The notes under the pieces are model-generated. The model saw nothing but the letters and a program-made list of their open reading frames with translations. It did no database searches and was not told the DNA's origin. Source: Chiloscyllium plagiosum (lineage: Eukaryota). Taken from it: a stretch of 64,000 bases of DNA. The stretch lies in the NCBI RefSeq assembly GCF_004010195.1, contig NC_057753.1:818330-882329 (forward strand). Direction: 5' to 3'. Below are positions 25,280 through 37,879 of this stretch, in pieces (positions within the stretch are counted from its first letter, which is position 1; each line of letters begins with the position of its first letter). Made by a program: the position numbers and the translations under genes.

Positions 25280-26010
25280 TGACCACACTGTACTGCAATA
25301 GCTTATTCTATGGGCTGGTAGATCCATTTTTAGCTACAACGAGCTGAACCATTTTGCTTGCATTTGCTCCCTGTTTTCTCTGCCTAGTGTACCGCAGACC
25401 ACATTCTAAGCAGGTTAAAACCACGGACTGGTTTGACAGAAGTGCAGATAATTCACTCGTTGCCTTGGAAGGTAAGCCTGGAGCCTTGGATACTAAGAAG
25501 GAATGGAGATAAATCCGTCTGAGGTTGCAGAGGATGATGCGAAGCGAATTGTAGAAGTTGGTAGTTGGAAGATGATTGGAACAGAAAGTCCAACAGTGAA
25601 ATGTTCGTACAAGGGAGGGAGTGGGAATATGTGAGTACTGACAGCTTCTCGTTAAAAATAATGGGTTATGATGATTCCAACGAGGATACAGAGTGTGTGG
25701 AAAGTGAGGATGAATGGAATGTTAACGGTGTGTAGGAGGGATGACGAGGTGTGACGAATCAGCTATTAACACCTGCTCTCTATCAGTAGTTGCCCCTTAC
25801 CTATCATTCTCTTTACCCTTTCAACATGTCACCTTTGATCTCGAACTTCAGGCATTCATTAACCTTTCATTTAGCTTCCACTTTATTCGTCATGCACAGC
25901 ACCGTTTCAGCATAAATGTCATCACGTTCCCACCTTGTATTCGAAACATCAATTTTTTTCATTCACAGTTGCAGCACGCCTGTTGAGTTGTGCAGCATTT
26001 TCTGTTTCTT
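25280..26010. mobile_element. Degenerate Penelope fragments (minus-strand GIY-YIG part, then plus-strand terminal part)
   Basis: 25350-25500 reverse resembles the C.RCG.L..GE...L...F region; 25930-26010 resembles the terminal motif. Confidence 0.55.
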
Positions 26011-26399
26011 TAGATAAACACGGCGTTTATTTTTTAACTGTTCTTGTAGCCAATTCAATTACAATGCTGGCGCTGACATTTTTGTTTCTTGAACTTCAAT
26101 CCCAAGTCGGTTGTCAATGTAATTCTTGTCACATTCTGAGTTATTCAGAAAATGCTGTGAAATTGCAGAATAACGTCTGATCTCAGCAACAGTATTTCGA
26201 GTTTCACAAACACGATCTGGTTGGATATAATACCTTCCTTGATTATAAACAGCTGGAACGACATCTGAATATATGAGGAATTACGTTGAGAACCAATTTA
26301 GGATCAATTGGGATCGTTCTCTGGCACACATGAATGTGCTGTAAACCCTGCACAATAACAGACAGAAGGCTATTTGTTGCCGACAGAAAGGTCATCTGC

Positions 26400-27500
26400 A
26401 CGAACTGAATTTTCTTGAATGTACTTAACAAGTTCCCGTGGATCCATGCCCTAAGCACTATGGCCGTCCCAGTCTAGTTTGAAAAGTCAATATCCACTAC
26501 CAAAGTCACCCTGTTATTATTACAGAAAACTGAGATCGCCTGACAGATTTGTTTCTCAATTTCCTGCCGAACATTGAAGTATCTATAATACAACACCAAC
26601 AGGACGACCATGCCTTTCTTATTTCTCAGTTCTTCCCAAATAACATCCCCGGACGTTTTCTGAGGAATATCTTACCGTTCACTGTCGCAATGTTCGCTCA
26701 CCATCTCTCTTGCCAGCCTTAAAATCCTTCTGACAGCATATGTACCATGGAACATTAAGCTGCTAGTCCTGTCCATCCCTGAGCCACCTCTCTGTAACTG
26801 CTATGATATCTCAGTCTCCTGTTCCCAGTCATCCCTTGCCTTCATCGGCCTTAGCAATTAGGCTTCTTGCTTTAAAGTGAAAATGGTTTATTATCAGTCT
26901 GACCACGTTCTCTGCTTGGTCATGCCTACTCTGACTGTTTGATCTGATCCTTTTCCTGGCTGTACCAGTTTCATGCTGATTTCTTTCCTCACTGCTTCCT
27001 GCCTTCTTGAAATGGAAATGCCGGTGTTGAACTCGGGTGTACAAAGTTAAAAATCATACGCTACGTTATAGTCCAACAGGTTTAATTAGAAGCACACTAG
27101 CTTTCGGAGCGCCGGTCTTTCATCAGGTGGTTGTCTGGAGCAGCGCTCCGAAAGCTAGTGTGCTTCCAATTAAATCTGTTGAGCTATAACCTAGCGTTGT
27201 GTGATTTTTAACTTTGAACTCCCTGCTCTCTGTCACACTTCAACCTTGTTAGTTTAAATCCTTCCGAGCAGCTGTAGCAAATCTTCCAGCTCGTACATTA
27301 GACCCGTTCCATTTCAGATATCATCCGTCCTTCATATAAACGTCATTTCTACCCAAAAAGAGATTCCAATGTTCCAAAAATGTGAATTATTTTCGCGTGC
27401 ACAGCTTCTTAGCCACACATTCATCTACTATATCCTTCTGTTCCGTTCCTCCACTAAGTAATATCCCTGCCTAACTTTGTTTATTCGTTTCTCGAATCTC
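26400..27500 (-). mobile_element. CR1 ORF1 end/endonuclease fragment, old
   Basis: tcccagtcta..aaagt, ttcttatttctcag (ELRNKK), agtttaaa ORF1 end as in the 11648 element. Confidence 0.75.
27042..27216. mobile_element. Palindromic Penelope-derived mini-element (~70-bp arms) with hammerhead-like core
   Basis: Arms caaagttaaaaatca...ctagctttcggagcgc and gcgctccgaaagctag...tgatttttaactttg; minus strand cctgatgaaagaccggcgctccgaaagc. Confidence 0.8.
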
Positions 27501-27574
27501 GTCCTTTTCTTTTCCCATGCCTTCACTTCCAATGTGTCAAACGGCCTCTTGCTCGGCCCCCTCATTTTTGTGAA

Positions 27575-28150
27575 TATTCTGCAACTCCTGAGATGAAAAA
27601 GGCAACCGATGAAAGCAGAGCAGCGGAAGTTGTATACATGGACTTCAACGTGGCGTTCTACATGATTCTGCATAGTACATTGGTTAGAACGGTTAAAACA
27701 CGTGGAATCCAGAGAAAGATAACTGTTGGATACAAACCTGGCTTCTGGGTAGAGCATAATGTTGAAGGATTGTTTTATGGGCTAAGACCTGCGACCAGTG
27801 GTGTGCCACAATGGTTCATATTCGGACAGGATAAATAGGTAAAGTATATGCCCTGGGTTTGTGGAGTCCAGAACTAGAGGGCATAGGTTTAGGGTGAGGC
27901 GGGAAAGATACAAAAGATACGTAAGCGGCAAAGTTTTCACGCAGAGGGTGGTACGTGCATGGAATGATCTGCCAGAGGATGTGGTGGAGGTAGGTACAAT
28001 TGCAACATATAAGAGGCATTTGGATGGGTATATGAATAGGAAGGGTTTGGAGGGATATGGGCCGGGTGCTGGCAGGTGAGACTTGATTGGGTTGGGATAT
28101 CTGGTCGGCATGGACGGATTGGACGGAAGGGTCTGTTTCTATGACTCTAT
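27575..28150 (+). mobile_element. CR1 RT fragment joined to a well-preserved CR1 3' end
   Basis: VVYMDFNVAF, SGVPQ; ESRTRGHRFRVR..FTQRVVRAWNDLP; (ctatgact) tail. Confidence 0.9.
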
Positions 28151-28164
28151 ATGCCATTGAGCCA

Positions 28165-29485
28165 GACATCGGTGGTGATAATTTGTTGTTGGTAATCCCA
28201 AGGGACAGGATTCACATTTTATTTGGAAACGTAAAGACTGTTTAGGGATAGTGAACATGACTTTCTGCGTGGAAACTCGTGTCTCACTAACTTGATTAAG
28301 GATTTTAAGGAAGTAACAAAGAAGATTGATGTGGGAAGAGCGGGAAATGCGATGTTTCTAAACGTTAATAACACGTTCGACAAAATTCTTCCTGGTGGAC
28401 TATTAGCATTGTTAGATTGCACGTAGTACACATCGATCCAACTGTTTGGATGCAGAACGAGCTCAAAGGTGGAAGACATAGGGTGGTGCTGGGCGGTTTA
28501 TTTTCAGCCTGGAGACCTGTGACCAGCGGTATGCCAGAATCAGTGCCGGATCCACTGCTTTTGTTCATTTATATAAATTATTTTGATGTGAGCGTAGGAG
28601 GTGTGGATGTTAAGATTGCAGTTGACAGCAAAATTGGATGTGTCATGTACAGTGAAGAAGATTATTTTAGAGTAGAACCACACCTTGGTCAGCTGGCCCA
28701 ATGGACCGAGGCATAACTGATGGAGTTTATCCTGCTTACATGTGAGGTGCTGCATTTTGGAAAGGCAAATACTTAACCCAAAGAGTTTGGGGAGCGTTGC
28801 TCAACGAAGAGACCTTGGAGTATAGTTTCGCCGTTCCTTGAAACTTAATTCCACGGTAGGATTGGGAAGAAGGCATTTGGTTTGTTTAGTTTTATTGGTC
28901 ACTGTACTGAGTATAGAAGTTGCGATGTAACTCCGTAGCTGGGCAAGGCATAATTGAAGGCACATTTGAAGTGCTGTACGCAGTTTTCGGAAAAACTTGA
29001 AACCTTTCAAAAATAAATCATAAGAATGTTGCCAAGGCTAGAACATGTGAAATCTTGGGAGATGCTAAGGGCTATCTTCCCCGGAGCGCTAGAGGCTGAG
29101 GTGTGTTCTTATAGAAGGTTATAAAACAATGAAGGGAATTTTAAGGGTGAACAAACTAGGCGTTTTTCCTGCATTGGGGTAGTCCAAAACAGGAGGGCAT
29201 CGATTCAAGCTGAAATGGGTGAGATTTAAGAAAGACCTGAGTGCAACATTTTCGCGCAGAAGGTGTTGCATGGACAGATTGAGCTGCCAGAGAAATGGTG
29301 GAGGCTGGAACAAACACAACACTTCCAAGGCGTGTAGATTGCTATATGATTAAGAAAGTGGTAGAGGGACATTGGCCATATACTGGCAAATGGGACTGGA
29401 TTTATTCAGGATATCTAGTTAGCATGTACAATAGAAAGCAAGTGTCTGTTTCAATACTGCATTGTTCTGGGACTCTATGACTCTT
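28165..29485 (+). mobile_element. CR1 RT to 3' end, degenerate
   Basis: GKSCLTNL-like, WRPVTSGMPESVPDPLLLFIYIN, KIAVDSKIG; tail at 29475. Confidence 0.9.
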
Positions 29486-30046
29486 TATCGTTTTCCAAAT
29501 CAGTAATGAGATGAAACACTCACTCAGTGTCTCATCCATCTCTTGCAGTTACATGCCCAGCTGGCCGACTTGATCTTTAAGTCGCCCTATTCTCTTCCTA
29601 CTTTCTCATTTCGCCTTAATTTATTTTTACAGCCTTTTTGGATTCTCCTTAGGCGTAATTGCCAAAGCAATTCCATGTCCCCTTTTGTCCTCCTCACTTT
29701 CCTCTTCAGGGAATTCCTCCTACCGAGCTTATACTGCTCGAATGGTTTCACCTGATCCCAGTTGTCTGTACCTTCCATATGCCTGCTTCCTTTTTTCTCA
29801 TTAGAGCATCAATTTTTCCAGTCACCCAGTGCTCCCTACACGCATCTGCCTTGCCCTTCGCAGTATTATGAACGTATTGTCCCTGGACTCTTGTTACCGC
29901 GTTTTTTGATCGTCTTCCACTTTTCTAACGCTCCTTTACAGGGAATAACCAATTCTAATAGGTTTTTGAATATTCTTCCCTAAAAGCATCAAAATCGGCC
30001 TTAATATGGTTTCCACCACTTTAAATCAGATCGATAATTTTCTAGA

Positions 30047-30255
30047 TGAAAGTGAGGACTGAAGACCTGGACAGTCAGAGCTGTAATGTCTGACGCTGGA
30101 AAATCGTAACTAGCCAGGCAGGTTAAAGAGATGGATAATCGACGTTTCGGCCATTAAACCTTCTTCAGTCTTGATGAAGGACTTATGCCCGAAACCTGGA
30201 ATATTCTACTCCTCAGATGCTTCCTGATCTGCTGTGCTTTTCCAGCGCCACACCG
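30047..30255. mobile_element. Inverted pair of Penelope terminal fragments inserted in CR1
   Basis: Minus copy 30047-30168 and plus copy 30171-30255 are imperfect reverse complements. Confidence 0.8.
30141..30168 (-). ncRNA. Minimal hammerhead ribozyme core (Penelope type)
   Basis: CUGAAGA-A-GGUU-UAAU-GGCC-GAAAC-GUC: core boxes intact, stem II with G-U pairs, GUC triplet. Confidence 0.55.
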
Positions 30256-32054
30256 CATAGTTTTCCATAACTATTTTAAAATCAATTGAATTATGATCAC
30301 CAACACCAAATTGCTTCCCTATTGATGCCTCAATCAATTGCCCTGCCTTATTTCTCAAGACTGGCTCAACTTTTGTTCCTCCTCTCGTAGGTTATCCACG
30401 CAGTGAATAAGAAATGTTTCTTAGACTCACTTAGCAAATGTAACTCCACACAAGATCTTCACACAATATACTTCATAGTTCATGTTTGGAAACTAAAGTA
30501 TTCCATTACAACCCTTTTATTCGTATAGACATCTGAGATCTCGTGAAACAAAATGGCTTCTTAATTTCTCACTGTTCATAACAGGCTCAAAGTACAATCC
30601 TAAGAAGAAGACAATTCCTTTCTCATTTCTCATTTCTACTCAAAAATATTCACTGGATCTTCTCCTGGAATAGCCTTCCCAAATACAGCTGTAATGCTTT
30701 CATTAACCATAAATGACACTCGGCCTCGGCTCTTTACCCCCAGCTATCCTTCCCATCGTATCTATACTTGAGAAAATGAAGCCACCAGTACAACTATTCC
30801 CTGAACCACGGTTCTGCATAACTCTGAAATTCCTGTCCCATGCTCCCAATTATGATCTCAGTTCAGCTAAATCATCTTTCAGGCCGATTGCATCGGGACA
30901 AATAAAGTTTAATTTATCAGTATTCCCTCGTTCTCTACCTTGACTTTGCCTGGTTTAAATATTTTATTTGCTCCTGTTATCAACTGTGCCAGCCTCAGAT
31001 TATCTCTTTCCTTACTATCTCTTTTGGTCCCATCGAATTGTCCAACCTCCTGACTAATATAAAGCCTCGGGAGTGGCACTGGCAAATCTCTCCGCCAAGA
31101 TATTTTCCATCTTCCAATACCATCTCTCTTGTACAGGTCATTCTCCCCCAGAGTGATCCTTTTGATCAAAATATTTGAAACACTGCCCTCTTCAGCAACT
31201 CCTCTGGTCTATTGTTCGATTCCTACTGTAAATAGCACGTGGCACCACAAGTAATTCAGATATTACACCTCTTGTGGATTTACTTTTTAAACTTTTGCCT
31301 AGGTTCATTCTGTTGTTCCTCCAGAATGACGTCCCTTTCTTTACCAATGTTTTTGTATATAGCGATCTCTTGCTGGTCCCTCTCCCCTTTGAGAATATTC
31401 TACACCATCTCTGAGAGATTCTTGACCCTGGCACCACACATTCAGATGTCTTGCTGTCGGCTGCAAAAATGTCCACTTCTGCCACTGACTAGAAAGTCTC
31501 CTGTCATAGTTGTTTGCACTGACTTACCGCTCATTGCAGGCAACACAAATTCTGATGTCTTGCTGTCGGCTACATTTCTACTCCTGACTGGAAAGTCTCC
31601 TTTCATAATTGCTTGGAAATTGATTTACCGTTCATTGCACTCAAATCAGTCTCGGTTCAGTGTCAATGCTGCGTCGTCCTGAGAGCTCATCACCTTACAT
31701 TTTCCAAAACAGCAACTTATTTGAGTCGGAAATAGCCAGAGGAGACACCTGTGCTCGCTGCCTACGCTCCTATATTTTCTCGAGGAAACCCATCAACCCG
31801 ACTGTCTGCATTTTTCCTACATTCTGAAGCTACCATTCATCACACCCTCAGGTTCCTTTAAATTGTTCATTGCCTCGAACTGCTGCTCCAACTGATCCGT
31901 GTAATCCCACTGCATTTGTCAAAAAACACACTTCCTGCAGGCATATTTATCAGTGGTCAAAACCATGTGACAATATTGTGGTAAATGCTGGCTCTAACTT
32001 GGGTGACTATGTCGCCAGGAAGAAATCTCATAGTAACCGTGTAAGACCACTCAC

Positions 32055-32387
32055 AAGTTCTCCTATTTAAGCCATATGTACAGTCACTTCAAAAAATCAA
32101 CGAATCGATGGCCCATGCAAAATTCTCAAAAAAAAACACTTGGGGCATTGATTTTGGCTTTATGTTCTGGATATTGCAGGGGCAGCAGTTGTTTTCACAG
32201 CTACCTTTAAATATTTTATGAATGTTGAATGTCTTACTTTCATCGCTTCTCAGTTTTAAAAATTCTAGGGAACATAATTCCAAGCGATGCAATGTTTCTG
32301 TATGGAGATCGATAGAATCTCCATAAATTTCACATTCATTGAGCTCGTTCTTTTGCGTGGATTTCAGAATGTTGCCCTCGGCGCTAG
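32055..32387 (-). pseudogene. V-domain-like exon with fused J-like motif (phase 1-1, 333 nt)
   Basis: tgtag acceptor; C-EIY-GDSID-LHTET-L(TTG~TGG W)-HR..LEFL..FKGS..NIQNIKP..VFFF(~VYFC)..AWAIDSLIF*SD(~LIFGSG)..|gtgagt. One stop only; Trp and second Cys lost; FR1 short. Confidence 0.5.
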
Positions 32388-32409
32388 CTACAACATGAAC
32401 AGCCAAACA

Positions 32410-33060
32410 AGGATGTGTTGTCCATTTGGCTCTACGGTCCTGCGTTTCCCTTCAATAAGGTCATGGCTGATCCGATTTTAACCTGAACTTCGCACTTATG
32501 CTGACCCCTGTCATTTCCTGAGTCTATCAAACCCTGCCATGAAATGAAATCAAAGAAACTTGCTGCTACCAATTTTCTTCAAAAAGAGAATTTTCCAGAT
32601 TCACAAAGCTCTGTGCGTGAGTGAGTGAGATAGAGAGAGAGAGAAAGAAAGATCGATAGAGAGAGAGAGTGAAAGAGAAAGCGGTGTGGAGAGAGAGAAA
32701 GGAATATCGATAGATTGGTAGAGAAAGAGACAGACAGAGAGAGAAATGAACAGAGGGAGATAGAGAGAGACCGAGACAGAGAGAGATAAAGTCGCGTTAT
32801 CTCTCGATTAAATGGTTAAAATATGATCTTTAAATTGTGACTCCTAGTTCTAGATTCATCCAGAAGAGAAAATATTCTTCCCGCATGTATTTCAGGATCT
32901 TTTATGTTTCAAACAGATCAGCTTTCTGTCTTTTAAATTCAAGAAGATAAAAGCGCAGCATCGACCTTTTGCTTGTATGTATCACTCTCATTCCAGGTGC
33001 TCATCCGGCGAACGTTCTCTGAACTGCTTCCAGCACATCTACGCCCGTCCATAAGTAAGG
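32410..33060 (-). mobile_element. CR1/L2-group 3' fragment interrupted by a (GA)n tract
   Basis: ttcaataaggtcatggctgatc 3'UTR motif, tcctagttctagattc, ttctctgaactgcttcca. Confidence 0.7.
32616..32790. repeat. Degenerate (GA)n microsatellite
   Basis: Direct inspection. Confidence 0.9.
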
Positions 33061-34413
33061 TCGAAAGCGCATTTTTTTCTTTTTTATGATGTTATAATCA
33101 TAAAACAATTTTATTAATTTATGATATATCAGTGACGTTCTCCGGGCCAACACTTATTGTCCATCCATGATTGGCCCTTGATAATATCCTGGTGCTCAGC
33201 CTTCTTGAATCGTTGCAGTTCATTTGCTTTCTGGAGACACACAACACTTTAAAGGAGGGCATTCAGTATTTTGACAGTGTTGACGATTTGCTCTGACTCA
33301 TGTACTGCATAAATAAACAACTTTTCTTCTCTTGAACTCAATTCCATTCACTACACATTCTATTAGTTTTTTTTTGTTTGCTGTATCTGCATGTTAACCT
33401 TTTCTGATTCATGCACTGGGGCAGATAGATACCCCAGCATATCAAAGGTCTGAAATCTCTCAGCATTTGGATTATATACCTTTATATTTTTATTCTTGTC
33501 AAATGTACAATCTTACATTTTTCCAACATCGTACTTCATTTGTCATTTTTCCCACCCACATAACCCACCTATTCCTATCTTAGCAATTGTTAAATACCCT
33601 GCACAATTTGCACTGGGCGCTCAAAAGTATTTTGGCAAATAGCGCTGAACGCATTTTCAACAGGAATAACCACTACCCCTATCAATGTAGTGCACGTCAG
33701 TTGCAGCACTAACATGCAACACAACAATATGGAATAATGTCCATGTACGCTCTCTCCAATCAAAATAGGACAGAACCAAATCATCCAATTGCAAACTGAT
33801 CAGTCTACAGTTTGATCATCACTAAATTGATGAGGAGACGATCAGGAGTGCTATCAAGCCGCACTTGCTGATCATTAATCTGCTCACTCATGCTCAGTTT
33901 ACGTTTAGAGGGGCTCATTCATTTCCTGACGAAAACACAGTCCTAGGTCATTCATGAACATATTTGCAAATGGACTGACATCTTTGAGTTCACACTGGTG
34001 AGAGTGTGCTTCATTGCTGAGTGCCTGTGAAGTTTCCTTCAATCATTCGACCTTTTAATTCTTGCTTTATTTTTCATTTTTCTTCTTAAGATAGGCCTTG
34101 ATTACAAAAATAGTGTGAGTTAACCTTCTCTGAACAAAATCAAACACAAATCCATACGTTTTTCACCCAAGGATACCAACATCAGACACAGTAGTCCAGC
34201 TGTGGTCTACCAAAGGTTGCGTATAACTGCAATACAATCTCTGTAATTTTGTATTCTATTGCCCTCACAATAGAGAACAGGTTGCCACTTGCCTTCCTAA
34301 ACACTTGCTGCAGTGGTGTGCTAACGTTTTGTTGTTTCCGTATCAGAGCTCTCAGATTCCACTGTAACTCTGAATTTTACAACTTCCTTCCAGTGTTATA
34401 CAATATAATGATC

Positions 34414-34593
34414 GCAGTTAATTCTCTCACCAGACAAGTCAGATACAAGACTTTAAAAAATTACATCTCGAAAACCTTTCCTGAAATATAAACACACATG
34501 ACATCAGATTTGTTCTCAGTTCTAAAACAGGAATGTATTACCTATGAACATAAAAGCAAAACAAGCTAGGCTTTGCAAAACATAGCGCAACAA
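34414..34593 (-). pseudogene. Leader exon + start of light-chain-like V exon
   Basis: Hydrophobic 52-nt leader LLRYVLQSLACFAFMFI-G|gtaata, 61-nt GT-AG intron, then shifted-frame DVIF*SLVS..SGERINC (~DVIMTQSP.S..GERVTINC); cut by a LINE; start codon is TTG. Confidence 0.42.
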
Positions 34594-35084
34594 GTTGTCA
34601 TCTACCTGCAAACACTGTGCAATTAATCCAAATACAGAGAAAATTTCATTCCCCATTAATTCTGTAAGTTGTATTAAACAGTTCTTTCTAGTTCTCATGC
34701 TGTGCACTGCGAAATCTTTCTTCTTTAACTCACACAACTGTCCTACTTAGGGAGAGTTGACTTTGTTTCTTAACTTTTGTGAACAATCATTTTTATCTGA
34801 CCAAAACAATTCGTGTCTGTAACTTCATTCAAGCCTCCTTCGAACTCATCTTGTATTTTCTCATCTGAAACCAATAATTTATTATTTGCTTGATATTTCA
34901 TTTACACACCTCATTGACATGCCAATGTTTCTGTCCTGGGCCTACTACAATTTTCTCAAGAGGCGCAACACAGCTCAAGGAAAAACACATACTTTTGACT
35001 CAGGCACTTTACAACTTATAACTCTCAAGTTTACATTTTCAGGTCCTGACCACCTGATACCTGTCCTCCATTATTCTGACATGG

Positions 35085-35745
35085 ATAGAAACATAGCAAA
35101 CAGTAACAGGAGTGAGCCCTTCAGCTCTGCTAAACTATTCCACCACTCACTCTGATCATGGCTCATCGTTCAACACAGTACTTTTTTTTCCTGTTTTCCC
35201 CAATGTCTTCGAACCCTTTAAAAGTAAGAACAATATCTCACTCCTCCTCGAAAACATTCAACGTTTTGGCTTCAATCGTTTATTGTGACAGAGAATTCTG
35301 CCGGCTCTCCAGTCCCGAGGTAAATATATTTCTCCTCATCTCAGTCTCAAAAGACCTTGCCTGCGTACTTCGGCTGTGATTTCTCGTTCTGGACTCCCCG
35401 GTCGCCGTGAAGATCGTCCCTGCATTTCCCTGTCTCGTCCTGCTGAAATTGTATTGGTTTCAATGTAAACCTATCTGATTCTTCTAAATTCCTTTGAATA
35501 TCGTCCTCGGAAATCCAAAATCTATTCATAGATTATTCCTGCATTCCAGGAAACGGTGTGGTAAACCTTCAGTGCGCTCCCTTCATAGCCAGAACACCTT
35601 TCTCAGATAAGGAGACGAATCTGCACACACTACCCCGGGTGTAGTCATTAAAGCCCTACAACTGCAACGAAAAATCTCTGCTCCTGTTCCGGAATTTTCT
35701 TGCTGTGAGGGCCAACATACCATTTATCAGCTTCACGGTTTTTTG
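35085..35745 (-). mobile_element. CR1/L2-group 3' fragment
   Basis: Same family as 38488-39098 (gatcatggct, tttctcctcatctcagtc, atagccagaac), more degenerate. Confidence 0.8.
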
Positions 35746-35780
35746 CAATGATTCTCGCCCGAGCTCCTTTTTTGTCTTCC

Positions 35781-35987
35781 CTGTGTTGCTGTTCTTGTGT
35801 CTTGCAGGCCAGCTGAATGCCTGAAGTATAGTTAATAGAATGAAGACACAAACGATTACACACGAATGCAGAATGTAGCTTTTCTTTCCATTGCCAAAAG
35901 CTGGAGATATTTCGCTCCCAATTAATTGCGTTACTCTATTTGCTGATCGTGTGACATTTGATCCGCAAAACACTCTTTTGTAACATG
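35781..35987 (-). other. Candidate stalk + transmembrane exon of a type I membrane protein (207 nt, phase 1-1, open)
   Basis: Long polypyrimidine acceptor ttcattttccag|; ACYKRVFCGSNVT...KKSYILHSCVIVCVFILLTILQAFSWPARHKNSNT; donor-like cag|ggaaga (gtaaga with one change). Confidence 0.33.
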
Positions 35988-36122
35988 CTGGAAAATGAAT
36001 TAAAACCAGAAAGAAAATGAAAGCGGGCCTAGAAGTTGCAAAGGAACATTGTGAAACTGAATAGAACGAATGTGATAATTCGGAAAAAGCAACCATGAAA
36101 CTAATAGCATTTCCCGAAAACA

Positions 36123-36843
36123 ACATAGAACATAGAAAATAGAACAATACAGCGCAGAACAGGCCCTTCGGCCCACGATGTTGTGCCAAACATTTGTCCT
36201 AGCTTAATCACATATCCATATACCTATCCAATTGCCACTTAAAGGTCACCAATGATTCTGACTCTACCACTCCCACAGGCAGCGCATTCCATGCCCCCAC
36301 AACTCTCTGCGTAATGAACCTACCCCTGACATCCCCCCATACCTTCCACCCTTCACCTTAAATTTATGTCCCGTGGTATCACTCTGTTATACCCGGGGAA
36401 AAAGTCTCTGACTGTCTACTCTATCAATTCCCCTGATCATCTTATAAACCTCTATCAAGTCACCCCTCATCCTTCGCCGGTCCAATGAGAAAAGGCCTAG
36501 CACTCTCAACCTATCCTCGTACGACCTATTCTCCATTTCAGGCAACATGCTGGTAAATCCTCTCTGCACCCTCTCTAAAGCTTCCACATCTTTCCTAAAG
36601 TGAGGCGACCAGAACTGCACACAGTACTCCAAATGTGGCCTTACCAAGGTCCTGTACAGCTGCAACATCACTTCACGACTCTTGAATTCAATCCCTCTGC
36701 TAATGAACGCTAATACACCATAGGCCTTCTTACAAGCTCTATCCACCTGAGTGGCAACTTTCAAAGACCTATGAACATAGACCCCAAGATCCCTCTGCCC
36801 CTCCACCTTACTAAGAACCCTACCATTAACCCTGTATCCTGCA
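36123..36843 (-). mobile_element. Young 5'-truncated CR1 LINE
   Basis: Open ORF RDLGVYVH..RPHLEYCVQFWSP..RGDLIEVYKMIRG; (ttctatg)n tail. Confidence 0.96.
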
Positions 36844-36859
36844 TAGGGCTTATTCAATT

Positions 36860-37356
36860 AATGACAGTGCCTTGGGTAGTGTTGTGGAACAGAGGGACCT
36901 CGGGGTTCAGGTGTATAATCTTGGACGTTCACATCACATGTAGACAGGATGGTTAAAAAGGTGTTTGGCATGCTAGCCTCAACTGCTCAGTCCTTTGAGT
37001 GTAGGAGTTGGGACCTCATGTTGAGGTTGTACAGGACATTGGTGAGGCCTCGTCTGGAGTTTTGTATGGAGTTCTAGTCGCCCTGCTATAGGCAGGATGT
37101 TCGTAAACTGGAGAGGGTTCAGAAGAGATTTACCAGGATGTTGTCAGGTAAGCAAGTTTTGACTTCTAAAGGGAAGCTGGTTAAGCTGGGAGCACAGCAG
37201 GTTGAGAGGCGACCTTAATGAGGGGTATAGATAGAGTTAATAATAGTGGCCTTTTTCTCAGGATGGGGGATTTCAAGACTAGAGGATACATTTTGAAGGT
37301 GAGAGGAAAGAGAATTTAAAAAGACGTGAGGGGCAAATTGTTTACACAGAGGGTGG
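36860..37356 (+). mobile_element. CR1 RT C-terminal fragment
   Basis: gaacagagggacctcgggg, ctggagagggttcagaagagatttaccaggatg, ttttacacagagggtgg. Confidence 0.88.
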
Positions 37357-37820
37357 TCAGGTACATACATATCAAGGACACGTTGTATCTGTTCCTTGAA
37401 AAGGTTCCACATTTCAATGACATCCTTCCCTGACAGCCTATGCTCCCAACCAATGCTCCTCAGATCCTGTCTTGCAGCATCGTATTTACCCTTCCCCCAA
37501 TTGTAAAACCTACCCTGTTGCACGCACCCATCTCTCTCCATAACCAAGGTGAAAGTCACAGAATTGTGGTCAACGTCACCAAAATGCTCACCCCTAACAA
37601 GCCCCTCTGGTCGGACAATCTACATACTAAGTTAGAAAACCTCCTGGACACACTGCACAAACACTGCCCCGTCCAATCTACTTGATCTAAAGACCTTCCA
37701 ATCAATATTTGGGAAGTTGAAATCGCCCATGGCTACTACCCTGTAGCTCCTGCACCTTTCCAAACTATATTTCCCAATCTGTTTCTCCACATCGCTGCTG
37801 CTATTGGGGGGCCAGTTATT
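37357..37820 (-). mobile_element. CR1 endonuclease fragment
   Basis: PPNSSSDVEKQI..VVAMGDFNFPNIDW..FVQCVQE. Confidence 0.9.
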
Positions 37821-37879
37821 CAATGATATCCATCAGGGAAGGTGATTGGTTTGATCTGCACTTGAATGTTCGATGTGCA

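Larger units (their letters stand above)
29490..31990 (-). mobile_element. CR1 5' part (ORF1 + endonuclease + linker), degenerate
   Basis: CVVPGSRI, RGVISELLVVPRA, DLYKRDG (ORF1 esterase), plus an endonuclease-like region. Confidence 0.8.
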
